DNA from: Octopus vulgaris
Taxonomy: Eukaryota
Reading direction: 5' to 3'
Assembly: GCA_951406725.2 (NCBI GenBank)
Contig: OX597814.1
Span: 220,906,001-220,970,000, forward strand
DNA: 64,000 nt
Shown here: positions 1 through 11,897 of the stretch, piece after piece
Layout: every line of letters starts with the position of its first letter
Numbering within the stretch: position 1 is the first letter of the stretch
Position numbers and translations under genes: made by a program
The notes under the pieces: generated by a model
Database searches by the model: none
What the model was told of the DNA's origin: nothing
What the model saw: only the letters and a program-made list of their open reading frames with translations

Positions 1-650
1 ATAAAATCGACTTAATCCCTCTGTCTGTCCTTGTTTTTCCCTACTGTGTTTAGCCCCTTGTGGGTAGTAGAGAAATAGGTATTTCGTCTGCCGCTACGTT
101 CTGAGTTCAAATTCCGTCGAGGTCGACTTTGCCTTTCATCCTTTCGGGGTCGATTAAATAAGTACCAGTTACGCACTGGCGTCGATATAATCGTCTTAAT
201 TTGTTTGTCTGTCCGTGTTTGTCTCCTCTGTGTTTAGCCCCTTGTGGGTAGTAAAGAAATAGGTATTTCGTCTGTCTATACGTTCTGAGTTCAAATTCCG
301 CCGATGTCGACTTCACCATTCATCCTTTCAGGGTCGATAAATTAAGTATCAGATTCGTACTGGGGTCGATCTAATCGACTGGCCCCCTTCCCCAAAATTT
401 CGGGCCTTGTGCCTAGAGTAGAAAAGATTCATAAGGCGGCGAGTTGGCAGGAACGTTAGCACGCCGGGTGAAATGCTTGGCAATATCTCTTCTGTCTTGA
501 CGTTCTGAATTCAAATTCCACCGCGGTCGACGTTGCCTTTCATCCTTTCGACGTCGATAAATTAAGTACCAGTTACGTACTGGTGTCTATCTAATCGACT
601 GGCTCCCTCCCCCAAAATTTCGGGCCTTGTGCCTAGAGCAGCAAAGAATA
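1..650 (+). mobile_element. SINE family A cluster (tRNA-derived, conserved GCCTTTCATCCTTTCGGGGTCGATAAATTAAGTACC central domain): multimer truncated by window start plus adjacent monomer
   Basis: ~185-bp units start at ~78 and ~263 (GTATTTCGTCTG...GAGTTCAAATTCC B-box); new head GGCGGCGAGTTGGCAG at ~435; same sequence recurs many times in the window. Confidence 0.9.
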
Positions 651-1741
651 TTTACGTACCAGCTTCCAATATGTAGAATTAGTATATCCAATAACGTTAC
701 ATCGCTATATTTAGTGGCCATTTAATCAATGTGTTCATGGATGATTAATGGGTTGGATGTGTGCTAATGAAGGAGCATAACATCCTGAAATATCTCATAT
801 ATGCTCATTACCCACTTTTCATCTTCGATCTTATAATCTCATTGTTTCCATTATGCGTCTCGGATATGAAACGTTGTAAGAAAATCGGTGTTGGCTATAA
901 TTTCTATGAAAATTCTGCAGAGATAACCTTAACAAGTGATGTTTTTAAATATCGTCAGGCTATCGTATACCTTGGCCAAATTTCTGTCATGTTCTACAGC
1001 AGATACAAAATGGAAAAGAACATATAGTGCAGGTTTTTTAGTTCAGGCTTGCTGCAACTATTTTCTTGCGCTGTTGCACAAGACGTAAAACTTCGATGTT
1101 GGTAGTATATTTATCGTATAGGAATGTTACTTGAGGTAAAGTACGACTTCATCTCAGAACAGATATTTCCCTCCATTCTGTTTTCAGACTAAAGTTAATC
1201 AATGATCTTATGAATGTCCTGGTAAAAAATCGAAGTTCTAAGAGACATTCACCTTTGTCCTTTAATGAAAGCATGTTTTTTGGCGTCGAGGTTATTGTAC
1301 GGTGTAGATTAAGTGCAAAGTTCGTAGGATGCTTTAGCCTTCTAGAAAAATGACATTAATACCAGTAAATATCTGATATATATATACTTAAGAAAAGGAA
1401 GCTACACGAATTAAGATTATTCAAAAATTATGTCTGGTTCATTATTTGGCCTGGAGGGAAAGAAAATTTACATACATATATTCAGTTATGGCATCTTTGA
1501 TTTTGGAGAAGACGGAATTCTGTAGGTGATGGGGAGACACTACTGAATACATACCCACTTATTACCGTTTCTTTCTCAGAAATAGTAGAATATGCATTCT
1601 GAGTTCAAGTTCTAAAGAGATAGGTTTCATGTTTCACGTTCAATAAAAGAAGAACCAGTCAAGTACCGTTAACTACATCGCTTACATATAGTTTCGACAT
1701 TTTGTAAATGTAAAAAAAAAAACAAAACAAACAACAACCAA

Positions 1742-1906
1742 GGCGCAGGAGTGGCTGTGTGGTAAGTAGCTTGCTAACCAACCACATGGTTCCGGGTTCA
1801 GTCCCACTGTGTGGCACCTTGGGCAAGTGTCTTCTACTATAGCCCCGGGCCGACCAAAGCCTTCTGGGTTGATTTGGTAGACGGAAACTGAAAGAAGACC
1901 GTCGTA

Positions 1907-1998
<92 letters not shown>

Positions 1999-2215
1999 CC
2001 TGTGTGTTTGTGCGTCTGTGTTTGTCCCCCTAACATTGCTTGACAACCGATGCTGGTGTGTTTATGTCCCCGTTACTTAGCGGTTCGGCAAAAGAGAACG
2101 GTAGAATAAGTACTGGGCTTACAAAAGAATAAGTCCCGGGGTCGAGTTGCTCGATTAAAGGCAGTGCTCCAGCATGGCCGCAGTCAAATGACTGAAACAA
2201 GTAAAAGAAAAAAAA
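1742..2215 (+). mobile_element. SINE family B (tRNA head, CORE-like CCTTGGGCAAG, internal (TA)n/(TG)n tract)
   Basis: Head GGCGCAGGAGTGGCTGTGTGGTAAG...GGGTTCAGTCCC; 3' end AAACAAGTAAAAGA; near-identical copies at 4690-5098 and 46375-46826. Confidence 0.9.
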
Positions 2216-2404
2216 AGAAAGAAAACCTCTTTCTGTTTATTTTAGTGATTCGGGCAAGATAGAAACCTAACCGATTCTTGACGTGATATGAACTCGGATC
2301 CGCGATTAATTAAACTAATTACTGTAATTCATTTAACTATTTCGTCACAGCCCAGGCATTCTCCATTACGACAGTTAATTAGTGGCATCATTACTCATTT
2401 ACTA

Positions 2405-3015
2405 AGGCAGAAACGTTAGCACGCCGGGCGAAATGTGTAGCCGTAGTTCGTCTGCCGTTACGTTGTGAGTTCAAATTCGGCCGAGGTCGACTTTGCCTTT
2501 CATGCTTTCGGGGTCGATAAATTAAGTACCAGTTACGCACTGGGGTCGATGTAATCGGCTTAATCCGTTTGTCTGTCCTTGTTTGCCCCCTTTATGTTTA
2601 GCCCCTTGTGGGTAGTAACGAAACGGGCATTTCATCCGTCTTTACGTTCTGAGTTCAAATTCCGCCGAGGTCAACTTTGTCTTTCATCCTTTCGGGGCCG
2701 ATAAAATAAGTACCAGTTGAGCATTGTGGTCAATGTAATCGACTAGTCAACGCCCCCAAAATTTCAGGCCTTGTGCCTTCAGTAGAAAAAATTATTACTC
2801 ATTTACCAAAGGTGGCGAGCTGGCAGAATCGTTAACATTCCAAGCAAAATGCTGTGCGGAATTTCGTCCATCTCTACGTTCTGAGTTCAAATTCCACCGA
2901 AGTCTACTTTGCTTTTCCTCATTTCGGGGGTTAATAGAGTAAGTATCAGTTGAACACTGGAGTTTATGTAATCGACTTTATCTCCTTCCTGAAATTGCTG
3001 GCCTTGTGCCAAATC
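2405..3015 (+). mobile_element. SINE family A dimer followed by diverged monomer
   Basis: Head at ~2405, internal unit restart at ~2628, second head GGTGGCGAGCTGGCAGAATCG at ~2811. Confidence 0.85.
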
Positions 3016-3329
3016 AATATTAATGTATTCGTGCACATACCCAAACAGATGTCGATGTCGGAAAGATGAAAGACATGTCAAAACCCGACAGAATTTCAAC
3101 ACTTAACTCTGAAGGATGAAACTAAATACAATATTTCATATAATCTGGCATTTTATTGTCTTGACCATCCCCTCGACTCCATTATAAATTCAGTGACAGT
3201 AGTGCTTCTATAGCCAGTGGCGAGAAGAGGAGGAAAATATGGACGTTTGAACACTGTGATGTGGTTTCCATCCCTGTATATGTCCACTGAATAAAATAAC
3301 TAATGATCTTAAAATCTTAGCATTACAAA

Positions 3330-3541
3330 TATTCTTTTCTACTCTAGGCACAAGGCCCGAGATTTTTGGGGAGAAGGCCAGTCGATTAGTACGCAACTGG
3401 TACTTAATTTATCGACTACGAAAGGATGAAAGTCAAAGTCGAAGTCGACCTCGGCGGAATTTGAACTCAGAACGTAGCGGCAGACGAAATACGGCTACGC
3501 ATTTCGCCCGGCGTGCTAACGTTTCTGCCACCTCACCGCCT
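3330..3541 (-). mobile_element. SINE family A monomer
   Basis: Reverse complement of the family A head and central domain. Confidence 0.85.
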
Positions 3542-3674
3542 TTAGCATCACAGATATTCATTTCCAATATGTTTACTGATGACGGCTAATTAGCGACCAA
3601 ATATCATTATAAAACAAAACTACGTTTGCAGAAATAGTAGATTCTCAGATTATATACACTGTTATTTTTAATTA

Positions 3675-3880
3675 AGGTGGTGAGCTGGTTAAATTACTAG
3701 AACATCAGAAAAATTCCTTGCGAGTGTTAGTTCTAGATCTTTAGGTTCTGAGTTCAAATCCTGCTGACAACTTCGCGTTTCATTCAAATTGTCGATAAAA
3801 TGAAGTACTAATCAAAAGTGGGTTGACTGGTATTGGCTAATCCCATTCCCTCAAAACTACTAGTGTTGTGCCTAAATCAG
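3675..3880 (+). mobile_element. Diverged SINE family A
   Basis: GGTGGTGAGCTGG head, GAGTTCAAATCC B-box, GTCGATAAAATGAAGTAC. Confidence 0.7.
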
Positions 3881-4164
3881 AAAGCTTTCTAGTACTAATT
3901 ACTAGAATTAAGTACTAATGTTAATTAATTACTAGTATTAATTAATTACTAGTATTAATTACATATTTTTTGCTTTATGTTCAACTCCTATTTTGCTTTT
4001 ATTTTTCTAGGATTAATAAAATAATTCCCAGTAAGTTTACAAAATTGTAAGCATTAAATCCCATCAAACGTTTTCCTTTTTCTAACGTTAAGCGCCATCC
4101 ATTATTTATATAAAGATCTCGACCGGTGAATGCGCCAAAATACGGAGCCTCTTCTCGGTTTTCA

Positions 4165-4520
4165 TCTTTTATTGTTTATTTGTCTCAGTTTTAGTCGAAA
4201 AAATCGAGCCCAATACTATGATATTTTTAAGGTCTACCAATTATTCTATCAGTCTGTTTTGCTGAACCGCTATGTTACGGCGGCATAAAGAAATCGATAT
4301 CGGTTGTTAAATGATGATGATAATGGCAAACACAGAATCAACGACGCTGACACATACATATATATTCATAAGATTCCACACAGTTTCCATCTACCGAGTT
4401 CACTCACAAAGAATCGGTCGATCCGGGGCTATAGCAGAAGATACTTGACCAAGTTGCAGCGCATTGAGACAGAACATATTGTTTAAAAGCGCGCTTCTTT
4501 ACCACTCAGCCACGCTTGCG
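4165..4520 (-). mobile_element. Diverged SINE family B
   Basis: Matches family B segments (CAGTTTCCATCTACC, GGGGCTATAGCAGAAGA, ACCACTCAGCCAC). Confidence 0.7.
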
Positions 4521-4689
4521 CTTCGACTGGCTAGAAAAGGCAGCTAATTCTTTCGTAACTACACTCCATTATCTTGAAAAGATACGCTTCTTGGGTACAC
4601 TGGTTCTGATAAAAAGGCTGGGTGGTCGTAACAAGAAAGACTTCGACCATGGGTTTGGTCAATCAGTAGAGCTCGAGAATAAACAATAA

Positions 4690-5098
4690 CTCTCTCTTTT
4701 CTTTTACTCTTTTACTTGTTTCAGTCATTTGACTGCGGCCATGCTGGAGCACCGCCTTTAGTCGAGCAAATCGACCCCGGGACTTATTCTTTGTAAGCTC
4801 AGTACTTATTCTATCGGTCTCTTTTTGCCGAACCGCTAAGTGACAGGGACGTAAACACACCAGCATCGGTTGTCAAGCAATGCTAGGGGGACAAACACAC
4901 AAACACACACACGTACATATATATATACATATATACGACAGGCTTCTTTCAGTTTCCGTCTACCAAATCTACTCACAAGGCATTGGTTGGCCCGGGGCTA
5001 TAGCAGAAGACACTTGCCCAAGATGCCACGCAGTGGGACTGAACCCGGAACCATGTGGTTGGTTAGCAAGCTACTTACCACACAGCCACTCCTGCGCC
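4690..5098 (-). mobile_element. SINE family B, full length
   Basis: Reverse complement of 1742-2215 with a shorter internal microsatellite. Confidence 0.9.
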
Positions 5099-6469
5099 TC
5101 AATTATTTAATCATTAATAATAACATCAATTATTTCTTTTATTTTTCGGTATCACTGTTTCTGACATTTTTTTCCTTACTTTTCCTTTGGCTTGCCGGCT
5201 GTGAAATTTTCTTGTTCAATAAGTCACAAACATATCTCCAAGAATCATGAATTCCATACAATTTTGAAGGGAAGAGTTTTGGTTTTCAATCGATTACACA
5301 GACTCCTGTACTTAATTGGTATTTATTTTACCGATTCCGAAAGGATGAAAAGCAAAGCTGATCTCGGCGAGTTTTAAATTCGGAACGTAAACAGTTCGTA
5401 ACTAAATATCACAAAGCATTTTGTTCGACGCTCTTACAATTCTGATAATCCACTTCTAATAAAACTAAATTTTAGCATATGTACTGTCGAAGAAAGTACG
5501 ACCATTCTTATAAGAAACAATGATAGTCTGCACTTCCACAGACAAAACCCCTTTGAGCAAATGATTAAAATGTAATCAATTAAAACACACCACTGTTCCG
5601 TTAGAACTTAACTCAATTACCCCCAAGGAACGAAAGACAAATGTAAAACTGTTTGAATTTGAAATCAGGACAATGAAACACTAAATCAGACACTACAAAG
5701 GTCATAGTTTGCAATCAAATTTTCATTCCCAGCATGAAGCGTCGCCATAAATTGCTTTGCAAAAGACATGGCATCACAGTTTCATATTTCTTCTACGCAG
5801 TGCCATCAATATCAAATATTAGTTGTTGTTTCTGCTGCTATTCGGTGGTAATGGTGGTGGTGGTGGTGGGGGGGGGGGTTGAAGATGATGTTATCCATCC
5901 TTGGAGTAATGGCCGAGTGTATAAAGTGTCTATCTCTTGTTACATGCACAGGCTCGTAATAACGTATTTTGCTGTAGGCATTGAGTTGTTTACCTGCTGA
6001 AGAAAAAGTCAGCCCTAGGCTTCACGTTTAATTAACAAATTATCACCACCTCCTACGACAACGGCGACGCTGGTGGCGACGGTAACTACTACATCACTAA
6101 CGATATCACTATCGCGGTCATTGTCTTTATCATAACTTTCCTCCTCCCCCTCCACTTTCCCTTTCTTCTCCTATAACTAATCACCATCACTATCACGATC
6201 ACCACCGTAAACAACAACAACAAAACCAACAACAACAACAACAACAAAAACAACAACAAAACCAACGGGATATCTATCAGAAGACTGGAAGCAATATAAA
6301 GTTTTTTGATATGATTTAAGTTAAATGTAAAATGCTAGAAGCTCTAATACTAAAATGGCAGTTTGCAATAAATCTCAGCAATTAAAATATCAGAGACAAA
6401 CAATCACTTTCCACACACACACACACACACACACACACATTATAGTGATGTAAATAATGATTTCTGATT

Positions 6470-6675
6470 TAAAAACAAGACTAGCAGTTTTGAAGGAGGG
6501 AGGTTTGTCGATTACATCGATACTACAGTTTGACTGGTACTTTATCTTATCGATATCCGAAAGGGATGAAAGACAAAAAGATGACCTCAGTGGTATCTGA
6601 ACACAGAACGCATTCATTCAGAAGAATATCGCATTTTCTCCGATATTCTAACGATTCTACCAATCCACTGCCCTT
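6470..6675 (-). mobile_element. Diverged SINE family A
   Basis: GACTGGTACTTTATCTTATCGA...GGATGAAAGACAAA...CTAACGATTCT. Confidence 0.7.
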
Positions 6676-6976
6676 AATGCGGTAAAACAACAAAACTATT
6701 TACTATGCACGATCGATCGTGCATAGTTGACACGAAACTGACAAGCAGTAGCGTTGTGGACGTCATGGGAGGCAAGCCTGCCAGCTAATTACAGGTAACG
6801 TTTCCACAAAAATATTAACATTGAGAAAAATACATCGTATATAAACCTTTACAAATTGTTGAAGAATAACAACTAGGAATGAGAACTGCTGCGTAAATTT
6901 AGTACAGTTTGAACTTTCGAAATTCGGTTGGCGTGGGAAGAGAAAATAGAATAATCAGTTGAGTCGATATCTGAAA

Positions 6977-7140
6977 GGCATAGCTACGTGGTTAAGAAGC
7001 TCCCTTTGTAGCCTCGTGTATTCTGGGTTCAGGCCCACCATACAGCACTTTGTGCATGTGTCTTCTACTACAACCACGGGCCCATTAATAATACCTTGTG
7101 AGTAAATTCGGCAGACGGAAATTGTGCGGAAGCTCGTCAT
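6977..7140 (+). mobile_element. SINE family B 5' half ending in (TA)n
   Basis: tRNA-like head, GGGTTCAGGCCC, CCTTGTGAGTAAATTCGGCAGACGGAAA. Confidence 0.7.
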
Positions 7141-7168
<28 letters not shown>

Positions 7169-7174
<6 letters not shown>

Positions 7175-7555
7175 GAAAAGTAAAAAGAAAACAAAGAAAA
7201 TGCACATTAGATAGAAAAACAATGGTTTTTTAAGAAAAGCAAAGATATATGCATACAATTAGATGATTTGAGGTGGAATAATGAAGTATAAAAATCCCTA
7301 TTATGAATCATTATAGAGATTCAAAGTCATTCCGGTATCGCCAGAGCTTATCACTGACATTCAAAGTCAGTGATCAACTCTGACGATACCGGTATGACTT
7401 TGAATCTCTATAATGATTCATAATAGGGATTTTTATACTTCATTATTCCACCTCAAATCATCTAATTGTAAGCATATATCTTTGCTTTTCTTAAAAAACC
7501 ATTGTTTTTCTATCTAATGTTCATTTTCTTTGTTTTATTTTTACTTTTCCCCTAT
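7169..7555. repeat. Long foldback (~190-bp arms, 7-nt loop) with hammerhead-like centre; probable PLE terminal-repeat relic
   Basis: 7169-7358 is the reverse complement of 7366-7555 with about 7 mismatches by eye; loop ATTCAAA. Confidence 0.9.
7359..7405 (+). ncRNA. Non-canonical minimal type I hammerhead-like motif
   Basis: ATTCAAAGTCA-GTGATCA-ACTCTGAC-GATAC-CG-GTA-TGACTTTGAAT: 11-bp stem I and palindromic ACCGGT stem III, but core differs from CUGANGA/GAAA. Confidence 0.4.
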
Positions 7556-9156
7556 TTATACCTCGTGTAGTTTTTCTTTGAAAACTATTTCTGTTATGTG
7601 TGTGTCTGTGTTCGTGTGTGAATAAAGCTGTCGTAGAGTAGATCGTTAACTCAGAGAAGGAGACGTTGGAGATGTAATCCAACTCTGATGTGCATTTTAC
7701 TTGAGAGGATGGGTGTTTGGTTTGACTAATTTCGTCACATATTTTTCTCCTCTGCTGTGGTCAGAGCCATAATCTACAGGCATGTAGGGACAAGTTGAAA
7801 AGTGGAAAAGATACTGTTTTCAGACTTCCACACTGTACTTCAAATGACAAGTCCTCCCTGTATCAGAGCGGGTAATTTGATTCGTAACTGCGCTTGCGCG
7901 GTGGATTTGAAAATTATAATGTATAAGTCTGTAGCACGTGTATTTTCGGTGCTATTTGCTGCATAAATATGCATTAATATTTGCGCCCTCACTGAAGATA
8001 TACGTATGGCAAATTTTTTTGTCCATTGATACAGAAACTCGAGTCTGAGGATAACTACAAAAATATTTTTAATTTTCATTCCCTTTGAAATTGCTGTTTA
8101 AGTGTCCTCTTTAAGTGTCCTTTCTAGCATGTAAGGTGTCCTGTTAAAGGTCACCTCTTTCGTGTATAAATACGTAAATTGTTTGTACACTACTATGTAT
8201 GAAAATATGTTGTCTATTGACTTTATTTCGCATGCTAGCCACCAGTATGGAAATATTTCTAAATTTTCTACCCTTAATATTAACGGATATGTGTAGTTAT
8301 GCAATTGACGACCTAGGTATCATGAGTCTGCTCGATTACGATTAGCTGAGGATATAACAACAACAGTTATCATTACATCGTCTTCCGATCAGGAACTTGG
8401 TCATTTTAATTGATCGACATTCCGGTATGTAACTTCCGGCATGAATAACCAATGGGAATACTTGAACCTCTTAATTAACTGCACCATTAGATAATGGCCA
8501 AAGAAGGAGGAGTTCTTTGCACTAAAAAAATAAAACTCTCGATATGACCTCACTTCACTTGGTTTTTCATGTACGAATATTCTGAACTGCTTCCCGATAC
8601 ATTTCCCAAGTAGCAAGCAAACTTAAAGATGTTGTCGACAGTTAATTAGATTGCGGCTTGAAAGGATAAGTGTAATGCCTTGAATCAACAAAATATTTGT
8701 TGTAAATTCTAACTCATGATTCAGGAGTTGCTTATCGAACACGTTTTTGACTTAGCTATTTCTTTTCTACAATGTCATCATAATAACTATTGATACCTTT
8801 TGTCGTATTTCGAGACTGTTTGTTCATAATATAAGACAAATTTAATTGAAAGAACAGTAGTCAGCATATTACTGATAGTTGATTTATCAACCACAAAACC
8901 TAGGGCTTTGAACCTATCAGAAACAATAAGTAAACATAAAATATTGATTAGTAACTTCTAAGAAGACAGAGTCCTATTTTTCTTGCAAGGAGAAGAAATG
9001 GATTTTTGTGACAACAATGCCTTTCTCTTATGTTATTAGAGATGTAGACGAAGAAAATTATCTTCTATGAGTATAGAAACCTAGCTGTAAACTTGGTACG
9101 CTTGAAGTTTATATATTCTTCACATCAACGTTTAGATGATATGAATCTTGTCAAAC

Positions 9157-9303
9157 CAGCTTTAGGCAACATTTTTCGAGAAACAGGCCGCATGTCAACA
9201 TAACTCATCATCTGGCGGGCCGCACTACTAAAAAATTTCAAGGTAAATTTTTGTTAGGCGTGCCATTCAAAAATTCCGCAAGCCGCAGCTTGCCCTCAAC
9301 CGG
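9157..9303. mobile_element. Possible short non-autonomous hAT (Charlie-like MITE)
   Basis: CAGCTTTAGGCAAC...GCTTGCCCTCAACCG imperfect termini and repeated GGCCGCA words; TSD not clear. Confidence 0.3.
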
Positions 9304-10794
9304 ACTAAAGCTAATGTTGAGAAGTTCCGTAAAACAAGAGTTTAGCTTTCGATGTGTTAAGTTTGCAGCACGATTTTAATCATTTACCTGATCGCTCAGC
9401 CCGCAAGAAATTCTAACCGAATCGGCCTCAAATCAAACTCTATTTGACTTAAAAGAGAAAAATATACATTGGAGAATGTAAAAAAAAAGACGTAGTGGTC
9501 ATGGCAGGAATACTTTTGATTATACGTCTACAAGATCAAGATTGATTTGGGACGAAACAACAAAAGTCTCTGCAGATCGTCAAACAGGCTAGACATTGCG
9601 GCTAAATCGCCCTCATTACACAGTCATACTATATGAAAAGAAGAAAGAATATTGGAGAATGTAGTATTTTCAGATAAAATAAAAGTCGGAAAGATAATAC
9701 CTTTAATATAATAACAAGTCAGCCGGATCGGATCGGAGATGGAGCTAAACAACAGCTGCAACAAGAAGAACAGCCTGTTTTATTATTCGTTTGGAAAAAT
9801 AAGTTTAAACTTCTAAATTCCTAAAAGTAAGAGAAAAAAATACAAAACTTAAAACATTTATGTTTAGTAATAATGAAACCATTATTATAATGAAAATAAT
9901 TTCTTTACTTCTGTCACATGCTTCTGATTTATGAGAGAAAACGAACTTGGGTGTAGTGGAATTCATGCTTTTCCTGAGAGAAGTGACAGAGTATAGCGAT
10001 TCTAAGTGACGAATTCATTTTGTTCAACTTCAAAGGTAAAGAAATGCAAACACCGTAGATATTATATTTCTTTTATCCTTGAGTCATTTAATTTCCCGAC
10101 GTCTCGAAAAACATTAATATACATTTTTATTACAACCTATTTATCAATGTTGTGTTTCTCAACGTAAAAATATCAATATGTGTATGTGTTGTATGTTTTA
10201 TGTGTGGTGTATGCGTGCGAGTAAGCTTATGGTGTGTGTGTGTGTGGTGCATGTGCAGGTCTGTACTTGCAGCGTAATTTATACGCGTGTATGTGGGTTG
10301 GCGAATGAATATGAAAAATTAAAAACAAATGTTTCTGCTCGCGAACGGAAGCTAGACAGAGCATCTTCTTAAGCACGAGAATAAAGAAGTAAATAATAAA
10401 TAAATATATAAATATACAACAAAAAACCCTTGTTGTTAATAACTATTTTAAATTGGTGTGTATATGAAACTGCATAATAGACTCAAAGAAACAAAAATAT
10501 TTGTCACAAACAAATAGAAGGGAAAGATGATTTTCACTTATTAGTTGGCAGATAACTTGTCTAACGGAGCGAGTAGGTTATTAACAAGTCTGGCTGCAGT
10601 GGCTTCGATTTCTGAATATGTGTGTTCTTGACTTAAAGGCAAAACCATGTATTTTTTTTTTTTATAAAGGATAAGGGTAAAATTTTGTATAACATTCATG
10701 AGATCTCGAGATATGTGCTAGTACCATAAAAAGTGAGTTGTAGAATTTGCTTGCTTGGAATTTAATATACATTATAAGTATATTGGTTTCACAT

Positions 10795-11437
10795 GTTGGC
10801 ACAAGGCCAGCAATTTTGGCGTGTGTATGTGTGTGGCGGGGGACCAGCCGATTACATCGAGCCTAGTGCTCAATTGGTACTTATTTTATCAACCTCGAAG
10901 GATAAAAGGTAAAGTCGTCCCCGGCGAAATTCGAACTGAGGCCATAAGGACGGAAGGAATGCCATTGAACATTTTGCCCGGCGTGCTAACGATTCTGCCA
11001 GCTCACCACCTTAATCAGTGTAAATATAATGGTTTCAAATTCTAGCAGAAGACTAGCAATTTCGGGGAAGATTACATCGAAATCTGTGCTCAACTGGTAC
11101 TTATCTTATCCACCCCGAAGAATAAAAGGCAAAGTCGACCCCGGCGGAATTTGACCTCACAAACGTAAAGACGAACGAAATGCCGCTTAGCGGCAGACGA
11201 AATGCCTATTTCTTTACTATCCACAAAGGGCTAAACACAGAGAGGACAAACAAGGACAGACAAACGGATTAAGTCGATTATATCGACCTCAGTGCGTAAC
11301 TGGTACTTATTTAATCGACTCCGAAAGGATGAAAGGCAAAGTCGACCTCGGCGGAATTTGAACTCAGAACGTAGCGGCAGACGAAATACTGCTAAGCATT
11401 TCACCCGGCGCGCTAACGATTCTGCCAGCTCGCTACC
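10795..11437 (-). mobile_element. Cluster of SINE family A copies
   Basis: Three central domains (AAAGGCAAAGTCGACC) on the minus strand; heads end at ~11011 and ~11437. Confidence 0.85.
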
Positions 11438-11751
11438 TATAGAACAGCATTAATAAACTTGTATCATTTATATTATTGTACAGGTACTTGTATTTCATTT
11501 AATTATTAATATATAGAGATTTCAACAAGCAAAGCAGCTAGTTCTAAAATTTCTATAAGAGCTGCATGTAGTTACTCTAAATGAAAAGTAGTGTTTGTTA
11601 CCACTTCAACATGACTGTTCTGTACGGAACAGCATTACTACTATTTTTTAACCCCAGGAAAACACCTCCTCCAGCTGGTTAACGACACAATCTGTCTCCG
11701 ATAGATTGCGAGCAGGAGATCGAACCCCTACCATTTAGTGATTTGATAGGA

Positions 11752-11799
11752 CCAGTAGACCAGCCAGGTTTCAAGGTGTTTGCCCTTCCTCAGTACTGG
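11752..11799 (-). ncRNA. Type I hammerhead ribozyme, intact core
   Basis: Minus strand: CCAGTA-CTGAGGA-AGGG caaaca CCTT-GAAAC-C tggct G-GTC-TACTGG; 6-bp stem I, 4-bp stem II, short stem III, GUC cleavage triplet. Confidence 0.85.
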
Positions 11800-11852
11800 A
11801 CGCCTGTATTGCGAGTTGGGGCAAACGACTGCTATCTCTAGCGGACAGGTGT

Positions 11853-11897
11853 CCAGTACTGAGGAAGAGCAAATACTCTGAAACCAGGGTCTTTTGG
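11853..11897 (+). ncRNA. Type I hammerhead ribozyme, intact core, weakened stem I
   Basis: CCAGTA-CTGAGGA-AGAG caaata CTCT-GAAAC-cagg-GTC-TTTTGG. Confidence 0.75.

Noticed and set aside
680-1600. Unique-looking stretch with an 88-aa ORF (761-1027)
   Set aside because: No recognisable motif or splice structure; likewise 7600-9100 and 17100-17700 could not be assigned
3576-3600. CTGATGA followed by a GCTAATTAGC hairpin
   Set aside because: No GAAA or stem III/I; chance match
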